A DNA stretch of 64,000 nucleotides from Dehalococcoidia bacterium (GCA_965207225.1 CBDBLV010000005.1:1504001-1568000); one strand, 5' to 3'. Shown: positions 47,697 through 57,186, numbered from the stretch's first letter. Program-made: numbers and translations. Notes: generated from the sequence alone by a model not told the origin.

Positions 47697-50600
47697 CTAG
47701 ACGGGGAAACAACCTTCCTCCTTCAGGCTGACGAACCCCTCGTGTCCGATGACCACGTGGTCCAGCAGGTCGACGTCCAGCATCTTCGCTGCCAGGTAAA
47801 GGTCCGTGGTGATGGCCCTGTCATGGGCACTGGGCTTGGGGTCGCCGGAGGGGTGGTTGTGGACGAGAACCATGTGGGGGGCCGACTCGGCCACGGCGGG
47901 CCGCAGCACCTCGGCGGGCCTGATGGCCACCGAGTGTAGGGTAGGCCGCCGGCGAGTTACCCCGTATTACCGGAGCACTTTTCCGTCGGCCCCCTTCCGA
48001 ACCGGACGTGCAGCTTTCACCGCATCCGGCTCTCTAGTGTCATGAACGTAGGTAAGAGTGGTCAGCATCGCGCGGCGCCGCGTGGCGCCACGAGGTTTGG
48101 GGCGCAGTAAGGTTGATGGACCTAGCTGCGTGAGGATGTTTTAGGGAAGGGGCATCCAGTAGCTGATGGGAGGGTCTATCAGTTGAACGGGGCAGTGTTC
48201 CTTGGGGTAAAGGTTGTGCCACTGATGTGGTTCGTGGAGCATTGCCCATGCCGCAACAGCGGAGAGGGTGGCGTCCTTTCGGTGACCAGCCAATCCGACG
48301 ATTGCGTGCTCAACCATTTGGGTCGTTGTATCAGACTGCCCCGAACGGTGCAGCAGATGTAGCATGACCGTGGGGTGAGCCTCCGTGATTGGGAAGTTCC
48401 AGATTTCCCGGAGGTGTCTGCCCAGCAGCAAACCCTGTGCCAGGCATGCGCCTGGCAGGCTGTTGATGTGCATGACCGAGTTGGCCATACCGGACGGCTT
48501 CAAGACCTGCTTTAGGTAACTGTCCACTGTCCTTTTCCCTTGCGGGTTCCAGAAAAGTGGAGCGTCGATTCCTGCGGCAAGGACTGGAGGCTGTTGGGTG
48601 GGGTAGTGGCGTTGGAGCGCCGCCTTGACTTGGCGTAGCGTGTCCCAGGCGTTCTTGGCCAAACCTGTTTCCAAGGGTGGGTGCAGCGTACCATTACTGG
48701 TGCTGCATATGCACCAACCAAATTCACCTTGAGACCTGCCTTCCCCACCAGGGTCAAACCCCAGGATGAGTCCATAGGGCTCGGTCATGTCCAACCCCCG
48801 CGTTGTTGTCCGGTATGGAGTGTGTGGATTGTACTATGGAGTGTGTGGATTGTACTATTAGGTTGTGCTGCCTTTACCTACTTGCTTATGCGGTTGCCAA
48901 CTGCCACCGTGGATGATCAGATGGCAAGGGCGACAGACCACGAGGGTCTTGCGCCGTCGTGCCGCCATGACCTGTAACCACTTTGGTTTTGGCCGTTGAC
49001 CTTTCACGTTCAGGTCGTGGAGTGCGCGGATGTGGTGGACTTCAATGTCCGCCGTGGCCTCGCACAGTTCGCATTCGTCCGCTAGGAGCCGTTTGATTAG
49101 CTCGTTGCGTTCCGTCCTGTAACGTTGAGGTTGTCGGTCTACGAGGGTAGCCTGCCTGTTCCGCTTCAGGGGTATGCCACCGAACCGGGCCACGAGTAGG
49201 GGTTTCCCCTCCTCCCGCTGTACTACGACCTCTAGACAAGCACGTCGTCCATGCTCAGTCTGTACGGTGCTGTTATAGCGCCGGAAGATTTTCCGAGCAG
49301 TGGTCTTATGCTTGTTGGCGAGGGTCTTGGCCAGCGATTTGTTCATGACCCATTGCAGCTTTCCGAAGCGGAAGACGTTCTGGGCCAGATGGTAATACTG
49401 GACGACGCCCCGGAATTCCGCTTGATACTGTGCCACGATGCTATAGTCAGTGTCGTGGGTGAGCATAGGGCGGTCAGCCGGTTTGCCGTTTCGCATGTAT
49501 GCGTGGCAATGTTGTTCGATGACTTTGGCGGGAACTCGCAATCCGATGCGACCGTTGACTTTACGTCGTCCGTTACGGTCGAGCTTATCGTTGGCCTGTT
49601 GGTTTACGAGTTCGTAGCCGAGGAACTTAGCCGCCTGGCTGGTGGCGTGGGTTATCAGGGTCTTGTCCTTGGATAGCTCCAACTTGAGCGAGTCGTGCAG
49701 GAACGTTTCCAAGGAGGCCTTTATCTGCTCGGCTTCGGCCTTTGGCCCGGAGAAACCCAGCAAAAAGTCGTCGGCGTAGCGAACGTAGCGAAGGCGCCGG
49801 TAGGTAGGGTCGAAGGGGTCAGTGGATGGCAGGCGTTGCGACTCTCGGCGCAACTGAGCTGCTGCAACGTAATTGCCCTTCTTCCTGGCCTTGATAGCAC
49901 GTACTCGCAGATTGTTCCACGTAAGGTTGACTCTTCGCTTGGTGCCTCGGGTGTGTGCTGGAATTAGCACCGTTTCGGCGTACTTGTCCAACCGGTCTAG
50001 GTAGACATTGGAGAGGATGGGGCTCACCACGCCGCCTTGCGGGGTACCGCTAAGCGTGCGGTTATACTTCCAGTCCTCTGTGTACCCTGCTTTCAGTAGG
50101 TACTTGAGCAGGCGTAAGAATCGGTTGTCGTGGAGTTTCTCGCCGAGTACCGACAACAACACTTCGTGGTCGATGTTGTCAAAGCACCCCTTGATGTCAC
50201 CTTCGACGAACCAGCGGACACCAGTCCAGTGAGTTACCACATCGCCTAGCGCGGTGTGGCAACCCCGTTCGGGCCGAAAGCCGTGGGAGTGGTCGGAAAA
50301 CTGCGGTTCGTAATAGGCTTCCAGAATCATCCGGAGGACCTCTTGAAGCAGCTTGTCCGTCCACGTCGGTATGCCCAAGGGGCGGGTTCCCCCGTTAGGT
50401 TTGGGAAGATTGACCCGTCTGAGCGGCGTCCATCTAAACCGTTCGTAGCGCAAGGCTTCGATGATGCGGTTGACTTTTGCCAGGGACATACTGTCCACGG
50501 TCTCTGCGGTGGTGCCCTTGGTCATCGCCCCCTGGTTTGAGTAGAGACGACCGTAGGCCCGCAGGTACAAGTTCCGGTTGTAAAGCAGCCGATAGATGTT

Positions 50601-51449
50601 CTCCAGCGGCAATCCTCGTTCTCCGCGTTTGCGTATGACGTTTAGTACAGTTGCGGCGTCTTGCATTGTGCATACCTCTCTGTCGTATTGCGTCTTTGAC
50701 ACCTGCCCTCCTTCGCCATGTGCCGGGCTTTCCCCGGCTCGGACTACTATGAGGGCTCCGTAGCCGTAGGGGTCTCCCCCCTTAGGCCATCCCGCGTTCC
50801 GTTGACATAGGACGTTCTAGCGCGACTGTAGGTGCCCCGTTCGTTCCCTTCACTTGACCTCATCGGTCAATGTCCACTCATCGGGGGTGCATTGGTCACG
50901 TCAACAGGCCAATGCAATGAGCGGCGCCGGGTTACAGGCGTTTTACCGGCGGGTGAGGGCATCCACCAACTGGGAACTGGGGTTCAGGCAGTGTAGCTTT
51001 CACCGTATCGCGCGGGCCTTGCGGAACCAACCGTACAACGCCTTCAGGCTGTAGCCGCTTTACCGACATGCTACTTTCCCCCTAGGCTTTCGCTTTGAGG
51101 TAGGTCGGTTGGCCCAGAGATTTCCTCCGAATCTCTCCCGACTGAGCCGGGTATCCTATGCCGCGTGACGCGGCGCACTGACGTTGCCCTGGTAGACGAT
51201 CCTCTGGCCCATGACCCGGTTCTTTGTGTCCAGCAGCAGCACCCTCAGCTGCTCCTGGGCCAGGGGAATCATCTCGCCGCCCAGGAGCCGGAGCACGTCC
51301 CCGGGGCAGCCGATGGACGGAGCGCCCTCGATGTGCTCGGGCCGGATGTCTACCTCGTACCTCGCGGCCAGCTCCGAAAGAAGGCCCAGGTTGCTCCTCA
51401 GGGCCTCCAGCAGGGCCGCATCGCTTCCGCTTTTCTTCCTTGGTGCCAT
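47697..51449 (-). CDS. radC: RadC-like JAB protein split by a group II intron (exon 1 51179-51449, exon 2 47697-47935)
   Basis: Spliced 'QEQLRVLLLDTKN...YQGNV-N-SVAIRPAEV...HNHPSGDPKPS.HD...LDHVVIG'; 510 nt, in frame. Confidence 0.92.
48141..48788 (-). CDS. DUF429-like predicted RNase H-fold nuclease (cargo within intron)
   Basis: 'ILGFDPGG', 'AAGIDAPL', 'ITEAHPT', 'KDATLSAVAA'. Confidence 0.75.
   Translation of the reverse strand: MTEPYGLILGFDPGGEGRSQGEFGWCICSTSNGTLHPPLETGLAKNAWDTLRQVKAALQRHYPTQQPPVLAAGIDAPLFWNPQGKRTVDSYLKQVLKPSGMANSVMHINSLPGACLAQGLLLGRHLREIWNFPITEAHPTVMLHLLHRSGQSDTTTQMVEHAIVGLAGHRKDATLSAVAAWAMLHEPHQWHNLYPKEHCPVQLIDPPISYWMPLP
48814..48858. repeat. 21-bp perfect tandem duplication
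   Basis: tatggagtgtgtggattgtac x2 (+tat). Confidence 0.95.
48858..50702 (-). CDS. ltrA: Group II intron RT/maturase with HNH endonuclease (ML/LtrA-like)
   Basis: 'RPLGIP', 'GTPQGGVVSPILSNVYL', 'RYADDF', domain X 'KTLANKHK', 'CELC...EVHH...VCRPCH'. Confidence 0.95.
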   Translation of the reverse strand: MSKTQYDREVCTMQDAATVLNVIRKRGERGLPLENIYRLLYNRNLYLRAYGRLYSNQGAMTKGTTAETVDSMSLAKVNRIIEALRYERFRWTPLRRVNLPKPNGGTRPLGIPTWTDKLLQEVLRMILEAYYEPQFSDHSHGFRPERGCHTALGDVVTHWTGVRWFVEGDIKGCFDNIDHEVLLSVLGEKLHDNRFLRLLKYLLKAGYTEDWKYNRTLSGTPQGGVVSPILSNVYLDRLDKYAETVLIPAHTRGTKRRVNLTWNNLRVRAIKARKKGNYVAAAQLRRESQRLPSTDPFDPTYRRLRYVRYADDFLLGFSGPKAEAEQIKASLETFLHDSLKLELSKDKTLITHATSQAAKFLGYELVNQQANDKLDRNGRRKVNGRIGLRVPAKVIEQHCHAYMRNGKPADRPMLTHDTDYSIVAQYQAEFRGVVQYYHLAQNVFRFGKLQWVMNKSLAKTLANKHKTTARKIFRRYNSTVQTEHGRRACLEVVVQREEGKPLLVARFGGIPLKRNRQATLVDRQPQRYRTERNELIKRLLADECELCEATADIEVHHIRALHDLNVKGQRPKPKWLQVMAARRRKTLVVCRPCHLIIHGGSWQPHKQVGKGSTT

Positions 51450-51490
51450 GTCGTTTCTCCTGTATTGGTTGAATGGGGCCGTGAAAGCAG

Positions 51491-51523
51491 CGGGGCCGCT
51501 CCCACGAATTGGGAGCGGCCCCG
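51491..51523 (-). terminator. GC-rich hairpin after ssb
   Basis: cggggccgctccca / tgggagcggccccg 14-bp stem; weak U-tract. Confidence 0.5.
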
Positions 51524-51574
51524 TGTTGCGACTGGCAGGGACTTGTGCCAGATGTCGGCTCGGGTCTCGACGAT

Positions 51575-51940
51575 TTAGAAGGGCGAGCCCTCGTCGTCGC
51601 CGTTGCCACTCGTCCCATTGCCGGAGTCGAGGAAGACGACCTCCCGGGCGTGGACCTCCGTGCGGCGGCGCTTTTGACCGTCCTCCGCCTCCCAGCAGTT
51701 CTGCACCAGCCGCCCCGCCACGTAGATGCGGTTGCCTTTCTCCACGTACTTGTTCACGGCCTCGGCCTGAGCGCTCCAGCACACTACGTCGTGCCAGTCG
51801 GTCTCGGTACTGCCGTCCTGCCTGCGCCGGTCGGTGGCGAGGCTGATGCGGGTGACGGCGGTGCCTCCGGGGGTGTAGCGCATCTCGGGCTGGGCTCCCA
51901 CTCGTCCCAGCAGCTCCACCTTGTTCACTGTCCTGGACAT
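51575..51940 (-). CDS. ssb: Single-stranded DNA-binding protein
   Basis: 'VNKVELLGRVG..PEMRYT', 'TDWHDVV', 'KG..IYV.GRL', acidic tail ending PF. Confidence 0.95.
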   Translation of the reverse strand: MSRTVNKVELLGRVGAQPEMRYTPGGTAVTRISLATDRRRQDGSTETDWHDVVCWSAQAEAVNKYVEKGNRIYVAGRLVQNCWEAEDGQKRRRTEVHAREVVFLDSGNGTSGNGDDEGSPF

Positions 51941-52062
51941 CTCGGTCCTCCTTCTTGCAGCTAAGGGTTCACGTCAGACCTGAACCCGCCAAAAAAATGG
52001 CCTGGCCGATCTTCCCTTACTGGGAAGGGCGGCCAGGTGAGGCGCTCCCTGAAGGGAAGCGG

Positions 52063-52506
52063 CTATGCGACCCGGGCGAACTCGGCGTCGTGCTCGGAGA
52101 TCGATGGACGGACCAGCGGGACGGAACCCGACTCTCCTGGCATGTCGTCCTCCTCTCTTGCGAACCCCCTGAGGACGTGGGCTATGCCGTCCCCCAATCC
52201 TCTGATGAAGACCGGCTTTTCGTCCCCCAGCCTGTTCAGCCGGGGCTCCATGCCGCCCAAGCCCCGGCACTGGTCGACAATGTCCTCCAGGGGGGTACTC
52301 CTCCTGAGGTGAAGGGAAATCAGCCTACATGCAAGCTCGGTCACCCCCTGCTCGAAGGTGCCGCACTTTCCCATCCTTCCGAACACCTCGAAGGGCTCTC
52401 CATCGCCGTCCAGGGCCACCGTCAGGTACAGCTCGCCGTGGGAGGTGTCCAGCAAGGCGGTGCTGCTGGGGAGGGTGTGGGGCCTGGCCCGCAGCTCTCT
52501 ATTCAT
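52063..52506 (-). CDS. Stand-alone TSCPD-domain protein (class II RNR C-terminal-like)
   Basis: 'GELYLTV...PFEVF..MGKCG...RLISL.LR....EDIVDQ.RG...DGIAHVL'. Confidence 0.75.
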   Translation of the reverse strand: MNRELRARPHTLPSSTALLDTSHGELYLTVALDGDGEPFEVFGRMGKCGTFEQGVTELACRLISLHLRRSTPLEDIVDQCRGLGGMEPRLNRLGDEKPVFIRGLGDGIAHVLRGFAREEDDMPGESGSVPLVRPSISEHDAEFARVA

Positions 52507-52682
52507 TCAGTTCCTCCTTTCCGTTGCAGTGGGGACACGTGACCAGCCGGAGCCCGAACCTGGCCTGCGCCTTGGGGGTGTACTTCCCGTGTACCCGCCT
52601 GAAGACTTGGTGGGCCCTTTCGACGTCCTCGACCCCGACGGGCGCGTCTCCGGGGTACATGAACTGGTCGGAGACCTCATGG

Positions 52683-54416
52683 AGGCTGTCCCATAAGTGG
52701 GAAGTGACGGATAGCGCCCCGGCAGCTGTTCCGACGCGACATCTACGAAGAGATGAAGATGCCGCTTAGACCAGGGTTCGCTTTTACGACCCCAGCCGGG
52801 AAGTGATAGGGGAATGCTGGATTGAAGGGTGAGAGTTGTGTAGTAGCGGCAGTTGCTGTGAGAGAGTGGGGAGAGGCACTAGGCCGCGGATACTTGAGTG
52901 GAGGGGTCGGCTCCGGGTCTCCACGCCTTCCAGATAGTGCGGAGGTTGAAGGCGATGGCAAGCACCGTCCATTCGGCCTTCACGTTGGCAAGGCCACGCA
53001 ACAGGAACCTCCGAGCCCTCAGTTGTTCCTTAAAGATCCCGAAGACCGGTTCGACCAGGTACTTCCTCCGTTTGTAGGCCGTCGTGGCTGCCTCGGTAGA
53101 CATCCATTCTCTGTGAGCGCGCAGTACATGGTCGCGTGCCCCGATTTCTAGCTTGCGTCCCCGTGGGTAATCCTTGGTGCAGACCCCAAATGCGGGGCAA
53201 CTGCGGCAGGCCGAGGCAGAGGCTGCTCGGTATACCCGGACCGGCGTTCCGGCGTTTGTGGACGAGCTGGAGAAGCGCAATATCTTTCCATGAGGACAGA
53301 CGTACCTGTCGTTGCCCTCGTCATAGGTGAATCGGTCCTTGTGATAGGGATTGTCCAGTGGTCGGGCCATATCCGGCATTGCCACTTGCTGACCTTTACG
53401 GTGACTCGCCTCCAGGTTCCGGCCTCCACAATAACCGGCGTCTGCCAACGTCAACGGAGTCCTGGTTCCTGTAACACCCTCTGCCTGTTCCATCATCGGG
53501 GTCAACTGGAGGGCGTCATTGACTTGGTCCACAACGTCTACGGCGGTCAGCAGCATGCCGGTCGTCTGTCCGCCTGGTGCCAGCGGTGACACCATAGCTT
53601 GGGCGTTGTAGCTGGGCATGAAGCCCTGACGGGTCCTCATGAGTTTTGCATCCCGATCGGTGAGGTTGATGCGCTTGCGATTCCGCTCAGAAGCCAACTC
53701 GTCCATCGCATGACGAATCTGCTCCCTCAGCGTTTGCTTGTTGGCTAATTCTTCCGGCAGATGTAATGCGGGGGTATCCTCACCTGCTTCGTTCTGAGCT
53801 TCAAGGTCGGAGATCGCCTTCTCCACCCTGTTCAATAACCGACCCAACTCCCCCGCATCGTAGGTCCTATCTCTTGCCGCATTGGCCCCCACCTTAGTTC
53901 CGTCAACCGCCTGCACCGCCAGATCCACCAGCTTCATCGTCACCGCCGTGCGCACAGTGCGCTCGAACAGCTTCCTCATGGACTGCCTGTGTTCCTTGTA
54001 GAACCGCCACAAGGTGTTGTGGTCAGGATGCTGCCAGCCGGTCAGCCACAGATACGGTATCTGGTCCCGGCAGGCCGCCTCCAACTTGCGGCAGGAGCGC
54101 ACCCCGGTCATGAAACCGTACAGCCACACGCTCAACAAAGCGCGGGGATGGTAGGCCGGCGCTCCCATCGGGTCGCCGTCTATCTCCACGCCGAGTTCAG
54201 CCCAGCCTTCCCTATCCAGTGCGTCCACAAACTCGGCCACGAATCGGGCTGGATGGTCTAACGGCAACAGATCGTCAAGAGTCGGGGGCAACAGCCACAT
54301 CTGTTCTCGGTCCATATCTCGAAGCGGCATCTCCATCTCTCCTTCGTCGATGTCGCTTCAAAGGTACACCTAACAAGGTTCCATTCACCACTCCCCAACT
54401 TCTGAGACAGGCTGTC
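52683..54416 (-). mobile_element. IS1182-family insertion sequence
   Basis: Imperfect terminal IRs (ctgtcccataagt / acttctgagacag); aggctgtc at both junctions. Confidence 0.85.
52879..54336 (-). CDS. IS1182-family DDE transposase
   Basis: 'GAPAYHP..LL', 'PDHNTL.RF', 'AVDGTKV.ANA', 'TDRDA', 'ADAGY', 'VEPVFG..K'. Confidence 0.93.
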   Translation of the reverse strand: MEMPLRDMDREQMWLLPPTLDDLLPLDHPARFVAEFVDALDREGWAELGVEIDGDPMGAPAYHPRALLSVWLYGFMTGVRSCRKLEAACRDQIPYLWLTGWQHPDHNTLWRFYKEHRQSMRKLFERTVRTAVTMKLVDLAVQAVDGTKVGANAARDRTYDAGELGRLLNRVEKAISDLEAQNEAGEDTPALHLPEELANKQTLREQIRHAMDELASERNRKRINLTDRDAKLMRTRQGFMPSYNAQAMVSPLAPGGQTTGMLLTAVDVVDQVNDALQLTPMMEQAEGVTGTRTPLTLADAGYCGGRNLEASHRKGQQVAMPDMARPLDNPYHKDRFTYDEGNDRYVCPHGKILRFSSSSTNAGTPVRVYRAASASACRSCPAFGVCTKDYPRGRKLEIGARDHVLRAHREWMSTEAATTAYKRRKYLVEPVFGIFKEQLRARRFLLRGLANVKAEWTVLAIAFNLRTIWKAWRPGADPSTQVSAA

Positions 54417-54569
54417 CTCGATCTCCTCCCGCAGTTCCCGGTCCCCGATCCGGTCAACCTGGTACCAGAGCATGGCCAGGCCTTCGTCCATCCGGTCGGC
54501 CATTTCACTCGTCGTCTTGGTCATAGGCGCTCTCCTTTCTTCCGGTATGGAAGGGGCGTGGGCGGGATG

Positions 54570-55352
54570 CTAGGCCGCCTTCGCCTGCTCCGTCTCCTTT
54601 TCCTTGAGCTTCTTTGCTGCGGCCTCCACCAGGGGGTTGAGCTCCTCAACGGTCAGTTCCTCCAGGTCCTTGCCGGTCCTCTCCTTCACCGCCGTCTCCA
54701 CCTGCTCCACCCCGAATCCCTGCTCGGCGCCGAGGTTGATCAGTTCCACCCTGAGGGATGCCAGCTTGGAGCCGTCGATTCCGTCGCCCTGGCCCTCGCC
54801 CTTGGGGTTGGTCTTGGCATCCGCGGGCTTCGTCTTCTGGGCCGGGTCCCCGTACAGGCCGTTGCCGAACTGGACTCCGAAGCTCCTCAGCGCCCTCTTC
54901 ATTCCGTCGGTCACTGCGCCCTTGATGGCCGTGTCGTGACCGTCCTGGGTCTCCTCGGTCACAGGGTGGAACCCGACGTCGGTGCGGGGCTGGGCCCCGG
55001 AGACCGTGACCCGTACGGGGGCGCTGTAGCCCTGTGAGACCTTCACGTCGCCGGTCTTGGTGTCCACGACCTCGATGCGCCGCAGGGTGACGTCCCCTGC
55101 CAGTTCGTAACCCCAACCCCCGTACCCGAAGACCCTGTTGGCCTGGTCGATGACGATGTGGCCCTCCAGGTAGTCGTAGGCCCGCCCCGCCCGTCCCTTT
55201 CGCCGGGATACCAGGGCGGGGTCCAGGGGCTGGGAGAGGGCCTGTACGACCTTGGGAGAGAGGCCGTCCCAGGACAGCTCGTGCTCCCCGATGACGGCGG
55301 GGTCCTTGTGGACGCCGTTTACGGCGCCGTTCGCTTTTGCTCCGTTCTGCAT
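54570..55352 (-). CDS. Rad52/Sak-like single-strand annealing protein
   Basis: 'DYLEGHIVIDQANRVFGYGGW', 'KGAVTDGMKRALRSFG..FGNGLY'. Confidence 0.9.
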   Translation of the reverse strand: MQNGAKANGAVNGVHKDPAVIGEHELSWDGLSPKVVQALSQPLDPALVSRRKGRAGRAYDYLEGHIVIDQANRVFGYGGWGYELAGDVTLRRIEVVDTKTGDVKVSQGYSAPVRVTVSGAQPRTDVGFHPVTEETQDGHDTAIKGAVTDGMKRALRSFGVQFGNGLYGDPAQKTKPADAKTNPKGEGQGDGIDGSKLASLRVELINLGAEQGFGVEQVETAVKERTGKDLEELTVEELNPLVEAAAKKLKEKETEQAKAA

Positions 55353-55631
55353 TTCAGAGCTCCTTTCAACTGTTATTCCGAGGGCCGAGGCGGGACCCGG
55401 GTGGAGGGCCCGTAAGCGTCGCCTGACACCGCGGAGTGGTGTCAGGCGACGGCGCGCACTTTGGCGAAGTCGCCCCCATGCACGAGGACGCGCAGGGGCG
55501 CGGCGCGGCAGGGGCTGGGGAGGGAAGAGGTGGGGCGGGTAATCGAGGGGGATATGTGGGGAATGAGTTGGGAGGGGATGAGATGGAAAGAGGGGTGTTG
55601 GGGACTGCGTTGTGCCGGGTGGGGTGGCCCC

Positions 55632-56687
55632 CTACCGGGCGGCTAGTGCCGCCTTCTCTAGCAGGCGCAGGAAGAGGTCTTTACCCTGGGCAAGGGATGC
55701 AATCTCAGCAACGTCGCTCACTCCCCGGGGGAGGGTGACGCAGGCGGCCCTGGAACCTAGCAGGCCCATGAGGCAGGCCGCTGCCTCCAGACCAGCATCG
55801 TCCGAGTCGAAGGCGAGAAAGACCCGGGAGCAGCCCACGAGGGCTCCGGCGACCTTCTCAAGGCCCTTCGTTCCCAGGGCTGCACAGGCGGGGAGGCCCC
55901 ATTGGGCCAGGGTCAGCCAGTCCATAAGACCCTCCGTGAGAACAACCCACCGGGGAGCCCGCCCCAACCTCCCCAGGCCGAGGACCGGCTTGGGGCCGGG
56001 CGGGGCCTGGAACCGAGGCATGACGCCGGGGTCTATGGCTCTGCCCCCGAGCCAGTGGACTGTACCACCGACGACGTCAGGCAGGACCACCATGTCCGCA
56101 AATCTCTCGGCACCCCGGCCCAGGAAGAGCCCGGAGTCCTGCATGCTCTTCTCACAGAACCCCGCCGCCTCAAGGTGGCGGCGCAGACCCTGGCCCGGGG
56201 CGAATCCAACTCCCAGTCGGGATGCTACATCCAGGCCAATGCCCCTCGAGGCCAGGTATCCCCGGCCCTCGGAGCCTCGCCGAAGTTCCCTTGCATAGAA
56301 TCGGGCCGCTTCCGTCAGCAGGGCCGGGTTCCGGCGCGGAGGCGGATCCCATGTTGCGGGTGTTGGAACTCGCCTGGTCCGGGGCCTTTCACGGTCCCCG
56401 ATGCCGCCTCCCAGTCGACGTAGGGCCTCGGGAAGGTCGATCCCCTCCATCTTCTGCACGAAGTCCAGGACGTCGCCCCCGGCGCCGCAGCCGAAGCAGT
56501 AGAACCGCTCCGAGTCTCCGTACACCGTGAAGCTGCCCTCGCCTTCTTCATGGAAGGGACAGACGCCCTGGCGGACCCGACCCCGCCCCCTGAGCCGTAC
56601 CCCCGATTCCTCCACCACGTCGCCCAGGGCGTGACGGGCCTTGAGGGCCGGGATGTCGACGCGGGCCGGGGCTAGGACCATGACCAT
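55632..56687 (-). CDS. DnaG-like primase (CHC2 zinc finger plus Toprim)
   Basis: 'CPFHEE..SF...FYCFGCG..GD', 'YLASRGI', 'LTEGLMD', 'AFDSDDAG'. Confidence 0.9.
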   Translation of the reverse strand: MVMVLAPARVDIPALKARHALGDVVEESGVRLRGRGRVRQGVCPFHEEGEGSFTVYGDSERFYCFGCGAGGDVLDFVQKMEGIDLPEALRRLGGGIGDRERPRTRRVPTPATWDPPPRRNPALLTEAARFYARELRRGSEGRGYLASRGIGLDVASRLGVGFAPGQGLRRHLEAAGFCEKSMQDSGLFLGRGAERFADMVVLPDVVGGTVHWLGGRAIDPGVMPRFQAPPGPKPVLGLGRLGRAPRWVVLTEGLMDWLTLAQWGLPACAALGTKGLEKVAGALVGCSRVFLAFDSDDAGLEAAACLMGLLGSRAACVTLPRGVSDVAEIASLAQGKDLFLRLLEKAALAAR

Positions 56688-57148
56688 GACCCGCCTCCCC
56701 TCCCCAGGGACCTGAGTCCCCGGAGGCTGCCCCTGGAGACCACCTTGCCGGGAAGCCACTTCATCCCAAGGACGGCGACGACCTCGAGCGTATTACAACC
56801 GTGGGGAACCAGGGCAGCAGCCCTGCCGGAACCGGGGCTGTAGAGCAGTACATCCTTCTTCCCGAACCGGCGCCGAACCAGGTCCTGCCACTCGGAGTAC
56901 GCCCAGCAGGCCTCCTTCACGGACGCCTTAGTAGTGTCTACGCGGGAGACCACGGCGAGGGCGCCATCCAGATCCCCGGCCTTTCTCAGCCTCCGGGCGT
57001 CGTGAATGCTGCGGGCCACCGTCGCCGGCGCCTGTACTTCTTTCTCCTCCACCCCGAACAGGGCATCGATCACCCTGTCAACCAGCTCCTCCAGCCTGGA
57101 CTGGGATCTCCCTACTCCGTTCTCAATTGCCATCGCCTGCGTTGTCAT
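56672..57148 (-). CDS. Hypothetical protein
   Basis: RBS aaggag; overlaps primase start. Confidence 0.6.
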   Translation of the reverse strand: MTTQAMAIENGVGRSQSRLEELVDRVIDALFGVEEKEVQAPATVARSIHDARRLRKAGDLDGALAVVSRVDTTKASVKEACWAYSEWQDLVRRRFGKKDVLLYSPGSGRAAALVPHGCNTLEVVAVLGMKWLPGKVVSRGSLRGLRSLGRGGGSWSWS

Positions 57149-57186
57149 AACGAGCTCCTTTCCTTCTTCTCCAGAGTTTTTCTCTC

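Larger units (their letters stand above)
47936..51178 (-). mobile_element. Group II intron 2 (3243 nt, IIA-like) carrying a second ORF
   Basis: 5' GTGCG at 51178; domain V at ~47997-48034; ends ...CCCTAC; EBS1/EBS2 complementary to exon 1. Confidence 0.95.
52499..54524 (-). pseudogene. 99-aa hypothetical gene interrupted by IS1182
   Basis: Removing the IS joins '...EEIEDS' to 'LHEVSDQFMYPG...TCPHCNGKEELNE*' (300 nt). Confidence 0.75.

Noticed and set aside
47936-48140. Twintron explanation for the extra intron length
   Set aside because: No second GTGCG/domain V pair or second RT is visible between 48035 and 48858
48814-48858. Possible CRISPR array
   Set aside because: Only two abutting 21-bp units, no spacers, no cas genes
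43656-50702. RTs as retron, DGR or defence RTs
   Set aside because: Both have maturase and HNH domains and sit within complete group II intron boundaries
54570-56687. Prophage
   Set aside because: No capsid, terminase, tail or lysis genes; conjugation genes adjoin instead
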